Origin: Candidatus Hodarchaeota archaeon | Lineage (GTDB): Archaea > Asgardarchaeota > Lokiarchaeia > Sigyniarchaeales > SOKP01 | Direction: 5' to 3' | Assembly: GCA_048886685.1 (NCBI GenBank) | Contig: JBHLKM010000006.1 | Span: 96,001-160,000, forward strand | Length of the DNA: 64,000 nucleotides | Shown here: positions 49,600 through 59,197 of the stretch, piece after piece | How the letters are laid out: the number at the start of each line of letters is the position of its first letter | How positions within the stretch are numbered: the stretch's first letter is position 1 | Position numbers and translations under genes: made by a program | The notes under the pieces: model-generated | Database searches by the model: none | What the model saw: the letters and a program-made list of their open reading frames with translations, nothing else | What the model was told of the DNA's origin: nothing

Positions 49600-51582
49600 A
49601 TGGTAGATACAAAAAGCGATACTATTCAAAAAGACGATGATATTCCAAGAATTGCCATTTTCATTTGCCAATGAGGTTTGAATATTGCAGAAATAATCGA
49701 CACAAAAAAATTAGGAGAATTCTCAAAAACTCTTCCAAATGTAGTGGAGGCTATAGACTATATAAGTTTGTGAACTGAACCTGGAGCTGAGTTTATAAAG
49801 GAAAAAATGATTGAAACCAATGCCAATAGACTAGTTGTAGGATCCTGTACTCCAAAAACTCACGAGCCTGTCTTTAAAAGTGTATTAGAATCAATGAACA
49901 TAGACCCGTCTTATTTAGAATTTGCTAATATACGTGAACATTCTAGCTTCGTTCACAGAAAAGACAAAGTAGGTGCCCAGAAAGTTGCTGAAGACGCTAT
50001 TCGATCTGCTGTCGCTAGAGCTGCTGTCTTAGAGAAAATCTTAATAAAAGAAGTGGATATAACAAGAAAAGCTCTTATAATTGGGGGAGGTGTTGCGGGA
50101 TTATCTGCGGGTATCGATTTGGCTGAAGAAGGTTTCGAAATCTATTTAGTAGAGAAAAAGCCTACAATAGGAGGAAAAATGGCAAAATTGGATAGAACTT
50201 TTCCAACAGATGATTGTAGTATATGAATATTAGGACCTGTTATGCTTCAAGGTGCAAGGACTCCTGGATTGAATCTTTATACATATAGTGAAGTAGAGGA
50301 TGTACAAGGATTTGTCGGGAATTTTACTGTAAAAATTCGTAAGAGAGCAAGATATGTAAATAAAGACTGTAATGGATGCGGAGCATGTTGGGAGGTTTGT
50401 CCTGCTTATGGTTACAATGAATTTAATGAAGGATTAGATTCAAGGAAGGCTATATATTCGGCATTTGCTCAAGCAGTCCCTTCATTAGCTCAAATTGATA
50501 TGGATAGATGTATTAAATGTGAACTCTGTAAGGCTGCTTGTGAAGTAGATGCGATTGATTTTGACCAAGAAGATGAAATAGTAGAATTACAAGTAGGTTC
50601 AATTATTGTAGCTACGGGATGGGACGAATTTGAACCTCCAACGGGATATTTAGGATATAACCAATATCCTAATGTAATTACCCAATTAAAACTTGAAAGA
50701 ATCCTCGCCCCAAATGGTCCTACTCTTGGACACCTTGTTCGTCCTTCAGATGGGAAAGTGCCAAAAAAAATTCTATTTATACAGTGTGTAGGTTCGAGAG
50801 ATTTAAACATGAACACTTATTGTAGCTCAGGAGTATGCTGTATGATCTCAATTAAAAACAGCAAGTTAATTAAACAACATTCACCTGATGCCGACATTAC
50901 GGTTGCTTATATGGATATGAGAGCAGCAGGGAAAGACTATGAAGAATACTTCACACTTTCACGAAAAGAGGGTATAAAATACATTAGAACGAATGTCAGT
51001 AGAATAAAAGAAGACCCAGAGACACATAATTTAAAAATTATTATGCAAAATACATTAGGATCTAGCGGATTAAAAGAGCTTGAATATGATATGGTTGTAC
51101 TCTCTGCTTCAATGGTACCCGCTAAAGGCGTAGAAAGCATTCAGAAACTCTTAAAACTTGAGATGAGTCAAGATGGATTCTTTAAAGAATTCCATGCTAG
51201 GTTGAATCCAATTGATACAAAAATTCCAGGGATTGTTTTAGCTGGGGTTAGCCAAGGTCCAAAATCGATTGTAGAATCAATTGCTCAGGGACGAGCTGCA
51301 GCATCTTCTTTAGCTAGACTTATGGGTAAAGACAAATACCGTATACTTCTAATTAGAGCAGCCGTCGAAGATAAAGAAAAATGTGCAAAATGTGGATTAT
51401 GTGAATTAAATTGTCCATACAATGCAATAACTCTTATGGATGATGGTGCTGAAGTGAATGAGATTCTTTGTAGAGGATGTGGTACTTGCTTAGCTAATTG
51501 CCCTTCAGAAGCAATTACATTACGCTACTATAGAGAACCTCAGTATGAGAAACAAATAGACGCAATCTTGGAAGAGATATAG
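49600..51582 (+). CDS. hdrA: Heterodisulfide reductase subunit A, selenoprotein (660 aa; Sec at codons 25, 58, 209)
   Basis: One frame from ATG 49600 broken only by TGA at 49672, 49771, 50224, each at a conserved HdrA Cys (IAIFICQ-U-GLNIA; YISL-U-TEPG; FPTDDCSI-U-ILGP); GGGVAG, QCVGSRD, ferredoxin motifs. Confidence 0.93.
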
Positions 51583-51596
51583 AGAGGTGTGAAAAA

Positions 51597-52058
51597 ATGG
51601 TAAGTGAATCGAATAATGATATAAAAATTCTAGCTTTTCTTTGCTGGAAATGAGGTTATGGTGCTGGAGACATGGCTGGAACGATCCGGGCTCAGTATCC
51701 TGCTACACTCAGACCAGTTCGAATAAATTGTACAGGAAGAGTTACTCCTTCTCTTCTGATGAGAGCGATTGGAAAGGGTGCTGATGGTGTAGTCGTAGGC
51801 GCCTGATACCATGGAGAATGTGATTATGAAACAGGTAATTTAGTAGCTGAGAGAAATGTTCAATATGTGAAAGAAATCTTAAAAGCGACAGGTATCTCTC
51901 CAGAAAGAGTACAAATGTTTCATTGCAGTGCTGCTGAAGGACAGAAATTTCAAGATGAAGCGACAAGGATTTCAGAATTGATAAAAAATTTAGGTAATAA
52001 TCCTATTAAAGATTCAATAAAATCTAATGAACCAAAAATCAAGAAAAAGAATAATTAA
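51597..52058 (+). CDS. mvhD: MvhD/VhuD/FlpD [2Fe-2S] subunit, selenoprotein (153 aa; Sec at codons 19 and 70)
   Basis: ILAFLCWK-U-GYGAGDMAG...QYP...CTGRV...GADGVVVGA-U-YHGECDY..GN; TGA at 51651 and 51804. Confidence 0.93.
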
Positions 52059-52067
52059 ACCGATTGA

Positions 52068-52103
52068 ATGAATCTTATGAAAAAATTTTAGTCATAAGAC
52101 GAC
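52068..52103 (+). promoter_or_regulatory. SECIS element, eukaryote-like/Lokiarchaeal type
   Basis: AUGA-A, perfect 8-bp stem UCUUAUGA/UCAUAAGA, A-rich loop AAAAAUUUUAG, then C-GA-C; starts 10 nt after mvhD stop. Confidence 0.85.
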
Positions 52104-52251
52104 AGACCACAGTGTAATGGTTTCGGGATTTATATATATTTGAATAAAGTATTTTTTTTTAAATTTCAGCCAATTTATACTTAATTTTTTCTAACAAAAT
52201 AAAAATAAAAAAAAAGGGAAGTCATTAAGTTTTAATAATTTATTTTATACT

Positions 52252-52713
52252 TTATGCTCCGCCGCGAAATATTTTATCTCCAAATTTCTCGAATATAAAT
52301 GCTATAATACATATAATTCCTGCTATTAAGACTCCAATTGGCGCAAAACCTACTGTTAAACCCTCTGCATCATAGACCAGCATTAAAATTGGGAAAATAA
52401 TCAAGGCAATCCCCACTAATACATAGACTAACCAATCCCATTTAAATTCCATTCCTCTCCAACTGTGAAGCCCATAAAACAATAATAACGCCGTAGAAAA
52501 TGCAGTTATCCCAAAAGTCCACAAGGTGGCAGTACCACCCCCCATCCAATCATCAAATCCGCCACCACTGACATATGAAATTATTCCACTCCACCAATTC
52601 TGGGTAGTAATACCCGCTACCTCATCACTGCTTACAGGAGTGAAGAGTGCAATAATAGCTAAGATTGCAGCAATTAAAATATAAATCCAGGTATCCTTTT
52701 TAAAATCTACCAA
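52252..52713 (-). CDS. Membrane protein
   Basis: Four hydrophobic segments. Confidence 0.65.
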   Translation of the reverse strand: MVDFKKDTWIYILIAAILAIIALFTPVSSDEVAGITTQNWWSGIISYVSGGGFDDWMGGGTATLWTFGITAFSTALLLFYGLHSWRGMEFKWDWLVYVLVGIALIIFPILMLVYDAEGLTVGFAPIGVLIAGIICIIAFIFEKFGDKIFRGGA

Positions 52714-53172
52714 AATTTTTTCAACTCTATTTTTTTTTTAATTAATATTTTATTAACTAAAAATCACTTTTTTGAAAAATTTCGTATTAATTTCTCTTTC
52801 TTCCCAAAATATATAAATCTTATTAAATTTCGTTCTCTTCTAATTTTAACTGTAAAATATATTAAAAGCAGAGTACTTCACGACAAAAAAACATTATTGT
52901 TATATTAACAGCTTAAAATAGTTGTAAATAGCTTTATCTAAGGTGTCATTATTTTAAGAAAAATTGTAAATTCTTTGAGTGCTATACACTTGTTTATAAG
53001 ATTATTAAATATTTAATAAAGAACGAATAATATTAATGAGTAATTTCACTAAATTCGATTATAATAATATTATTAGTAACTCAAAAGGGAATATGAGAAT
53101 TAGTATTTCACGTAATTTTTAATTTAAATATAAATTAATAAAAATAATATTATTCATCAAAATGAGTTAAAA

Positions 53173-54471
53173 ATGGTAAAAGACATCGAAAAACAACTGT
53201 TAAAAGCTGAGAAACTCTATAAAGCTATGCAGTATAAAAGAGCAGCAAAACTATATGATTCTGTAGGGGATTCTTATATAACTCAAGGGAATTTTGAACT
53301 TGCTAGGGATTGTTATTTTGATGCCGCAAAAAGTTGCATGAATGAAGATAAATACTTAAGTGGGATAGATTTCTTAAGAAAAGCTGGAAATGCATCACTA
53401 CTCAATAACCAGGTTTTAGAAGCTAATCAATTTTTTGAAGAAGCCGTAAAGTATATACCCAATTTAAGAAGTACCTCAGACCGAAATCATAACTTCATTT
53501 TATTCTCATGTTTATCATACCTATGTCATTTTGTTAAAGGAGAACAAGAGGAAGGTCTAAAATTAGTCAAGAAAATAAAATCTTATGTTGATGATACCTA
53601 TTTTAAAGAAAATTCATTAATTCGTCTTATAACAAATTTAACTATTGTAAAAACAGAGAAGAATAAGAAATATATTGAAAGAATCAAAAAGGATTTTACA
53701 AATTTAAAATTTCGTGAGGCTGAAATACTTCTTGTAAAACAAGCATTAGTAATAGCAAAAACTTATACCTCATTAGCTATTGATTTAAGTTTTGATAAAG
53801 ATGTTTACACTACAAATGAACCAATTAATTTATCATTAGATATCAATACCGAACCTCTGTTAGAAATTTCAAAAGAAGATTTCTACAATTATAACTTGAA
53901 GGAATTAAAAATATCTAAAATTGGAATTACATTGTCTGATAATCTAACCTCTCAGAGAAATCCTGAACTGCCAATTGTGATAGAAATAGGGCAAAAGCGA
54001 CAAATTAACCTTGTGATAAAACCACATTTTCAAATGGAAAATCCTTTTGTTGGGCCGATTTTAGTAACTGCCGAATTAAATGAGAGTCTAAATTTTATAT
54101 ATGAAATTACTCAAATCTTAAAGCCAAATCTAATATCTCCTCCTCCTACACTTGAGATTTCTTTAAAAAATTTAAGACCTCCCCTTATTGATCAATCATT
54201 TCCCCTTGAAATCTTAATTGAAAATAAAAGTGAGGGAGACGCTCTTAATCTTAATATAGACGTCGAATTTCCGGAAGAAATTAAAGTAATGAGGGGTACA
54301 TTAAAGAAGCAGATATATTCACTAAGGTCCAACGAAAATATAAAATGGGAGATAAATCTTAAACCCACTGAAGCAGGAGAATATATAATTAAAGTATTAA
54401 GTAAGTTTAATGATCCTGATCAGAATCTTATTGAAGATATTAAAGAATTCCCATTGTCTATAAAAATGTAG
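53173..54471 (+). CDS. TPR/SNAP-like alpha-solenoid with C-terminal Ig-like beta domains
   Basis: N-term helical repeats (AAKLY...ARDCYFDAAK); C-term LEILIENKSEGDALNLNIDV...WEINLKPTEAGEYII. Confidence 0.6.
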   Translation: MVKDIEKQLLKAEKLYKAMQYKRAAKLYDSVGDSYITQGNFELARDCYFDAAKSCMNEDKYLSGIDFLRKAGNASLLNNQVLEANQFFEEAVKYIPNLRSTSDRNHNFILFSCLSYLCHFVKGEQEEGLKLVKKIKSYVDDTYFKENSLIRLITNLTIVKTEKNKKYIERIKKDFTNLKFREAEILLVKQALVIAKTYTSLAIDLSFDKDVYTTNEPINLSLDINTEPLLEISKEDFYNYNLKELKISKIGITLSDNLTSQRNPELPIVIEIGQKRQINLVIKPHFQMENPFVGPILVTAELNESLNFIYEITQILKPNLISPPPTLEISLKNLRPPLIDQSFPLEILIENKSEGDALNLNIDVEFPEEIKVMRGTLKKQIYSLRSNENIKWEINLKPTEAGEYIIKVLSKFNDPDQNLIEDIKEFPLSIKM

Positions 54472-54488
54472 AGAAGAATTTTAAGATG

Positions 54489-55628
54489 TTATATTAATAT
54501 AGGTTCCCTATGATTATATGTGACTTTTTCACACTTATCTTTCCCGATTATTATATCATCTTCTAATCTTACTCCCCATTTCCCTTTCCAATATAATCCC
54601 GGTTCATTTGTATATACCATATTTTCTGCAAGTTTTAATTCATCAGACATTTTCCAGGTAACTCTAGGACCAATATCATGGGCTACAAAACCTAAAGAAT
54701 GGCCAAAACCATGAAAGAATAATTCTTCATGATTATAACCTTTTTCTGCCAGATACTTACGACATTTTCTAGCAGGCAGATTAACTGGAGTATTATCAAC
54801 TAAATATTCATTTGCAATTTCTTTCGATTCATAAAGAGCATTATAAGCTTTAAGGAAATCTTCAGACGGTTTTTTGCCAACCCAAAGAGTCCAGGTTATA
54901 TCAGAACACATCTGATCAATTTTCAAGCCAGAATCTATTAATAACACCCCTTCCTCAATTTTTTTCTCTGAAGTATTATGGTGTGGATCAGCTGAATGAA
55001 CTCCAGTAGCTACAATTGAAGGAAATGAGGGGTTTCCTAATTTCATATATCTATACTCTAATTCAGCTTTAACTTCATTTTCACTCATTCCTTTTTTGAT
55101 TAAATCTGGGAGATTTTCTAGTATCTCTAGAGTTGCTTTACATACATTACGAAGATCCTTTAACTCTTTTTGAGATTTTACACATCTTAATCCATATATT
55201 ATTGGTGCTGCTGAGAAAAATTCTGTTTCCGGAGCTATTTCTTTAACAGAAAAATAATCACCTGCTCTCATAAAATCAGCAAAACGAGTTCCTTTTTCAT
55301 CAAGAATATTTTCTCCATAATTTAATGCGATTCGAGGTTTATTGATAATAGATCTTAATTTAGGTATTAATTCGTTTATTGATTTGAATGATTCTACACT
55401 TGCTTTAATATTCATATGTTCTAATGAGCGTTTAATCATCGGTGCTTCCATTTCAACAGCAAGAACTTTATGATCTCCATTTCTGGCAATAAGTATATAA
55501 TGCCGAGAAGGAGCATTCACACCTAACATAAAATGAGAATTCTCATCATTGTGTTCATCGCAAATTATTAACCATCCATCACCATCTATTTCACTCAATA
55601 TAATTTGTGCTCTTTCAAATTTATTCAT
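54489..55628 (-). CDS. Xaa-Pro aminopeptidase/prolidase (M24)
   Basis: PHH, LIDSG...SDITWT, HGFGHSLG..HD, TNEPGLY, GVRLEDD. Confidence 0.9.
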   Translation of the reverse strand: MNKFERAQIILSEIDGDGWLIICDEHNDENSHFMLGVNAPSRHYILIARNGDHKVLAVEMEAPMIKRSLEHMNIKASVESFKSINELIPKLRSIINKPRIALNYGENILDEKGTRFADFMRAGDYFSVKEIAPETEFFSAAPIIYGLRCVKSQKELKDLRNVCKATLEILENLPDLIKKGMSENEVKAELEYRYMKLGNPSFPSIVATGVHSADPHHNTSEKKIEEGVLLIDSGLKIDQMCSDITWTLWVGKKPSEDFLKAYNALYESKEIANEYLVDNTPVNLPARKCRKYLAEKGYNHEELFFHGFGHSLGFVAHDIGPRVTWKMSDELKLAENMVYTNEPGLYWKGKWGVRLEDDIIIGKDKCEKVTYNHREPILI

Positions 55629-55820
55629 AAGTAAACACTAAATATCATTTTTTTAATTTTATCAAAATGTTATTTGACTTATTTCATTTTTGATTTTTTA
55701 TATAGAAATCAAATCTATCTCTTTTAGAATCAACTTAATTTATCTTCTTTTTCTAAATTTTAAGTGTTAGTAATAAAATTATTAATCACTATTTTCTTAT
55801 ATCTGTATATATTATAAAAA

Positions 55821-57371
55821 TTGGTTGAAATTATGAAGCTTAAAGTAAAAGAAATAAATTTCGAAACAGGGAATACCAAAGATGTTGTATTGAATGTTAA
55901 TGATGCAATAGAATTAGGGCAAAAAGCAGGAGAGCGTATATTTATCAAAAATTTACATTCTAAAACAATAGAAGATAAATTTTGGACAGCTATTATTCAA
56001 ATTGACTATTCAAGTACAATAGTAAACTCTGGTGAAATTGGTATTTTTTTAGACATTTTACGTGAAAAAAAGGCTTTGAAAGATGGTATTGTGATTTCGG
56101 TGAAACCTGCTGATCCTCCCGAATCATTCAAATTTATCCAAAAAAAGATTAAAGGAATTAAGCTAAAAAGTGAAGAAATCAATGCTATTATCTCTGATGC
56201 CGTTTCAGGATCATTATCTCGAATTGATCTTGCTGCATTCATTACAGGAGTTTCTATTAACGGAATGGATAAAGAAGAGATGACCGCATTAACCTTAGCA
56301 GAAACGAAGAGTGGAGAAATCTTTTATTTTGGAATGGATGTATATGATAAGCATAGTACCGGGGGTGTTCCAGGGAATAAAGTCTCGCTTATCATTGTTC
56401 CAATTGTAGCTGCAGTAGGCCTAACTATACCAAAATCTTCAACGAGAGCAATAACTTCCCCTTCAGGGACAGCAGATTCAATGGAAGTATTAGCACCAGT
56501 TGCTTTTAATCCTAAAGAACTTAATGAAATCGTGTCCAAGGAAAATGCATGCATAATTTGGGGTGGAGCACTTGAAACGGCTCCAGCAGATAATGTGTTA
56601 ATCGAAATTGAACGACCTTTACATATGGATCCAGTTGGTCTAATGATTCCTTCTATACTCACTAAAAAACTTTCATTAGGTGTTAAAAAACTTGTTTTAG
56701 ATATACCCGTTGGGGAAGGCACTAAATTTCCAACACCAAATAATGGAAAACAATTTGCTTATCTGTTTAAAGAAATTGCTGGTAACGTAGGAATTGAAGC
56801 AGAATGCGCATTAACATTAGCTCATCAACCAATTGGTCACGCTGTAGGACCAGCAATAGAAGCCAGAGAAGCCTTAAACTTACTAATGGATTATTCTGCT
56901 GGACCGAATTCTCTAATTGAAAAATCTACAGATTTGGCTGGAATTATTCTTGAAATGAGTGGAAAAGCTCAGAAAGGCATGGGTCAAAGTTTAGCAAAAG
57001 ATATTCTTCGTTCTGGCAAAGCTTATGAGAAAATGAAAAAGATTATTGAAGCCCAAGGTGGTAATCCTGATATAACTTCTGATGATATTGAACTTGGACC
57101 ATATATGAATGAATTTTTTGCAGTAAAAGAAGGATATATTGTCGAAGTAAATAACTCGATAATAAATCAAATAGCAAAAACTGCTGGGTGCCCTAGTTCG
57201 AAGAGTTCTGGCGTAGAAATTATAAAGAAACAAGGAGCAAAGGTACAAGAGGGAGACATAGTTTTCAGAATTTATTCTCATAGCCAATCTAAACTACGAA
57301 AAGCAGAAAAAATTTATAACGCTACTGGTGGTCCCATTCGCCTTGGAGGAATGATGATCGAACGTATTTAA
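55821..57371 (+). CDS. AMP phosphorylase (archaeal thymidine phosphorylase family)
   Basis: DKHSTGGVPGNK, KSSTRAITSPSGTAD, N-terminal extension typical of AMP phosphorylase. Confidence 0.9.
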   Translation: MVEIMKLKVKEINFETGNTKDVVLNVNDAIELGQKAGERIFIKNLHSKTIEDKFWTAIIQIDYSSTIVNSGEIGIFLDILREKKALKDGIVISVKPADPPESFKFIQKKIKGIKLKSEEINAIISDAVSGSLSRIDLAAFITGVSINGMDKEEMTALTLAETKSGEIFYFGMDVYDKHSTGGVPGNKVSLIIVPIVAAVGLTIPKSSTRAITSPSGTADSMEVLAPVAFNPKELNEIVSKENACIIWGGALETAPADNVLIEIERPLHMDPVGLMIPSILTKKLSLGVKKLVLDIPVGEGTKFPTPNNGKQFAYLFKEIAGNVGIEAECALTLAHQPIGHAVGPAIEAREALNLLMDYSAGPNSLIEKSTDLAGIILEMSGKAQKGMGQSLAKDILRSGKAYEKMKKIIEAQGGNPDITSDDIELGPYMNEFFAVKEGYIVEVNNSIINQIAKTAGCPSSKSSGVEIIKKQGAKVQEGDIVFRIYSHSQSKLRKAEKIYNATGGPIRLGGMMIERI

Positions 57372-57431
57372 ATTTTCACCAATATCTCAGCAAAAGTTTA
57401 TTTAGAAATTTAATTATTCTAAAATAATTAT

Positions 57432-58922
57432 ATGCCCTTAACACCAAAAGCTATTTATGAAGATTTAGTAAATAAGGACCTAGATAAGCCATTTGCTATA
57501 GAACTATTGCTAACTCTCATAGATAATGCAGAAAATATTGAAACGCGTATAGAGAGCATTAATACATTGAATACAATTCAAGTTGATGATGAGAAGACCT
57601 TTAAATTCTTAGAACATCTATTAATTTCTGATCTCAATGAAGATATTAGGAATTTAACAATTATAGTTCTTAAGAATCACTATTTAGATAGAGCCCTTGA
57701 TCCTATGGTATGGGCTCTCGAACATGAAAGATCATTAAAATGTAAGATTTCAATCATAAAAACTATCGGCGAGATTAATACTGATGAAGCCAAATCTGTT
57801 TTAATTAAAAAAATAAAGAAACTATATAATAAAGAAAATTACTTTGTTTTAAAACATCGATTTACAAAAGATTCCATAGAAAATATCCCAAATATAGAGC
57901 TTGCGGAAATTTTAATAAATTATTATGTTATTTTATTCTTAAAAAATACTTTTGGATATATTAAATATAAGAATAATGAATTTGGTTCGATTAATGAATT
58001 AGATTTATCCAATGTTGAAAGATATAGTTCTGGTTTAAATAAATTAGAAAATTTTCTTGAATCAATCTTTTCTTTAAGAGATCTTAAAAAATGTGATTTA
58101 CGATTTAATCATCTAACGAATATTCCTGAAATTTTCAATGATTCAATTGAGTATTTAGATTTAAGTTATAACAAAATAGTAAAGTTACCTGATCTCCAAA
58201 ATTTTAAAATGCTCAAAAGTTTGAATTTGAAATCAAATAGGTTAAGAAATCTTCCTGAATCTATAGGGTCACTCACATCACTCGAATATTTAAATCTGAG
58301 AAATAATATGATATCATCTCTTCCTAAATCATTAAGTTATCTTTCTTCACTGAAAATATTAGATTTACACGGAAATAAATTAAATTCAATATCGGTAAAT
58401 TTAAATAAATCGATATTGGAATTAGAAATAGGTTGGAATTATTTTGATACAATTCCAAAAGGTATAAAACTTCTACCATCTCTGGAAAGACTAGGGTTTG
58501 GTGGTAATAAATTAATTAATTTACCGAATTGGATTAGGCTCTATCATTCACTTAAACAATTAGAACTATATGATAATAAACTAATTAAAATTCCAGAATC
58601 AATAGGCTCACTTAAATCTTTAGAACGGTTAAATTTGAGAAATAATCAATTAAATACCCTTCCCCGCTCATTAATCAACCTACAATCTCTTAAGCTCTTA
58701 AACCTAAGTTGGAATAATTTTGCTATTCTTCCTGAATGGATTGGATCCCTATCTTCATTAGAAGAGTTAAACTTATGGGGGAATCAACTTGAGAGTGTTC
58801 CTAAATCTATTGCTTCTTTATCGTCATTAAAATTAATAGATTTGAATTTCAATAAAATTGAGGAAATTCCTTCATTCTTAAAGGAATTAGAACAAGAAAA
58901 AGGGCTTATCATAAAAATTTAA
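57432..58922 (+). CDS. HEAT-repeat + leucine-rich repeat protein
   Basis: FLEHLLISDLNEDIR; repeated LxxLxLxxNxLxxLPxxIGxL. Confidence 0.88.
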   Translation: MPLTPKAIYEDLVNKDLDKPFAIELLLTLIDNAENIETRIESINTLNTIQVDDEKTFKFLEHLLISDLNEDIRNLTIIVLKNHYLDRALDPMVWALEHERSLKCKISIIKTIGEINTDEAKSVLIKKIKKLYNKENYFVLKHRFTKDSIENIPNIELAEILINYYVILFLKNTFGYIKYKNNEFGSINELDLSNVERYSSGLNKLENFLESIFSLRDLKKCDLRFNHLTNIPEIFNDSIEYLDLSYNKIVKLPDLQNFKMLKSLNLKSNRLRNLPESIGSLTSLEYLNLRNNMISSLPKSLSYLSSLKILDLHGNKLNSISVNLNKSILELEIGWNYFDTIPKGIKLLPSLERLGFGGNKLINLPNWIRLYHSLKQLELYDNKLIKIPESIGSLKSLERLNLRNNQLNTLPRSLINLQSLKLLNLSWNNFAILPEWIGSLSSLEELNLWGNQLESVPKSIASLSSLKLIDLNFNKIEEIPSFLKELEQEKGLIIKI

Positions 58923-58948
58923 TCAAAATAGTTCAGGCTTGAAATATA

Positions 58949-59197
58949 ATGACCGAAAAAAGCATCATTAAAATAAAAGTTAATGAAGAAAATTGCACTG
59001 GATGCATTATCTGTAAAATGTGGTGTTCTTACACTTATCATAACATTTTTAATCCCTCAAAAGCAAATTTAGAAATTGAAGAAAGGTATGGATTAACTCC
59101 GAAAATTGTCTTTCTAGAGACCTGTCATCATTGTGGGCAATGTGTCCAATATTGTCTTTATGGGGCATTAGAATTAAAGGAGAATATTGAACAATGA
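58949..59197 (+). CDS. 2x[4Fe-4S] ferredoxin
   Basis: CTGCIICKMWC; CHHCGQCVQYC. Confidence 0.85.
   Translation: MTEKSIIKIKVNEENCTGCIICKMWCSYTYHNIFNPSKANLEIEERYGLTPKIVFLETCHHCGQCVQYCLYGALELKENIEQ

Noticed and set aside
49600-52058. hdrA/mvhD as pseudogenes or split ORFs, as in the ORF track
   Set aside because: All interruptions are TGA at conserved Cys positions and a SECIS follows.
52714-53172. Long AT-rich intergenic region as possible ncRNA or origin
   Set aside because: No convincing stems, ORB-like repeats or neighbouring cdc6; consistent with divergent promoters.
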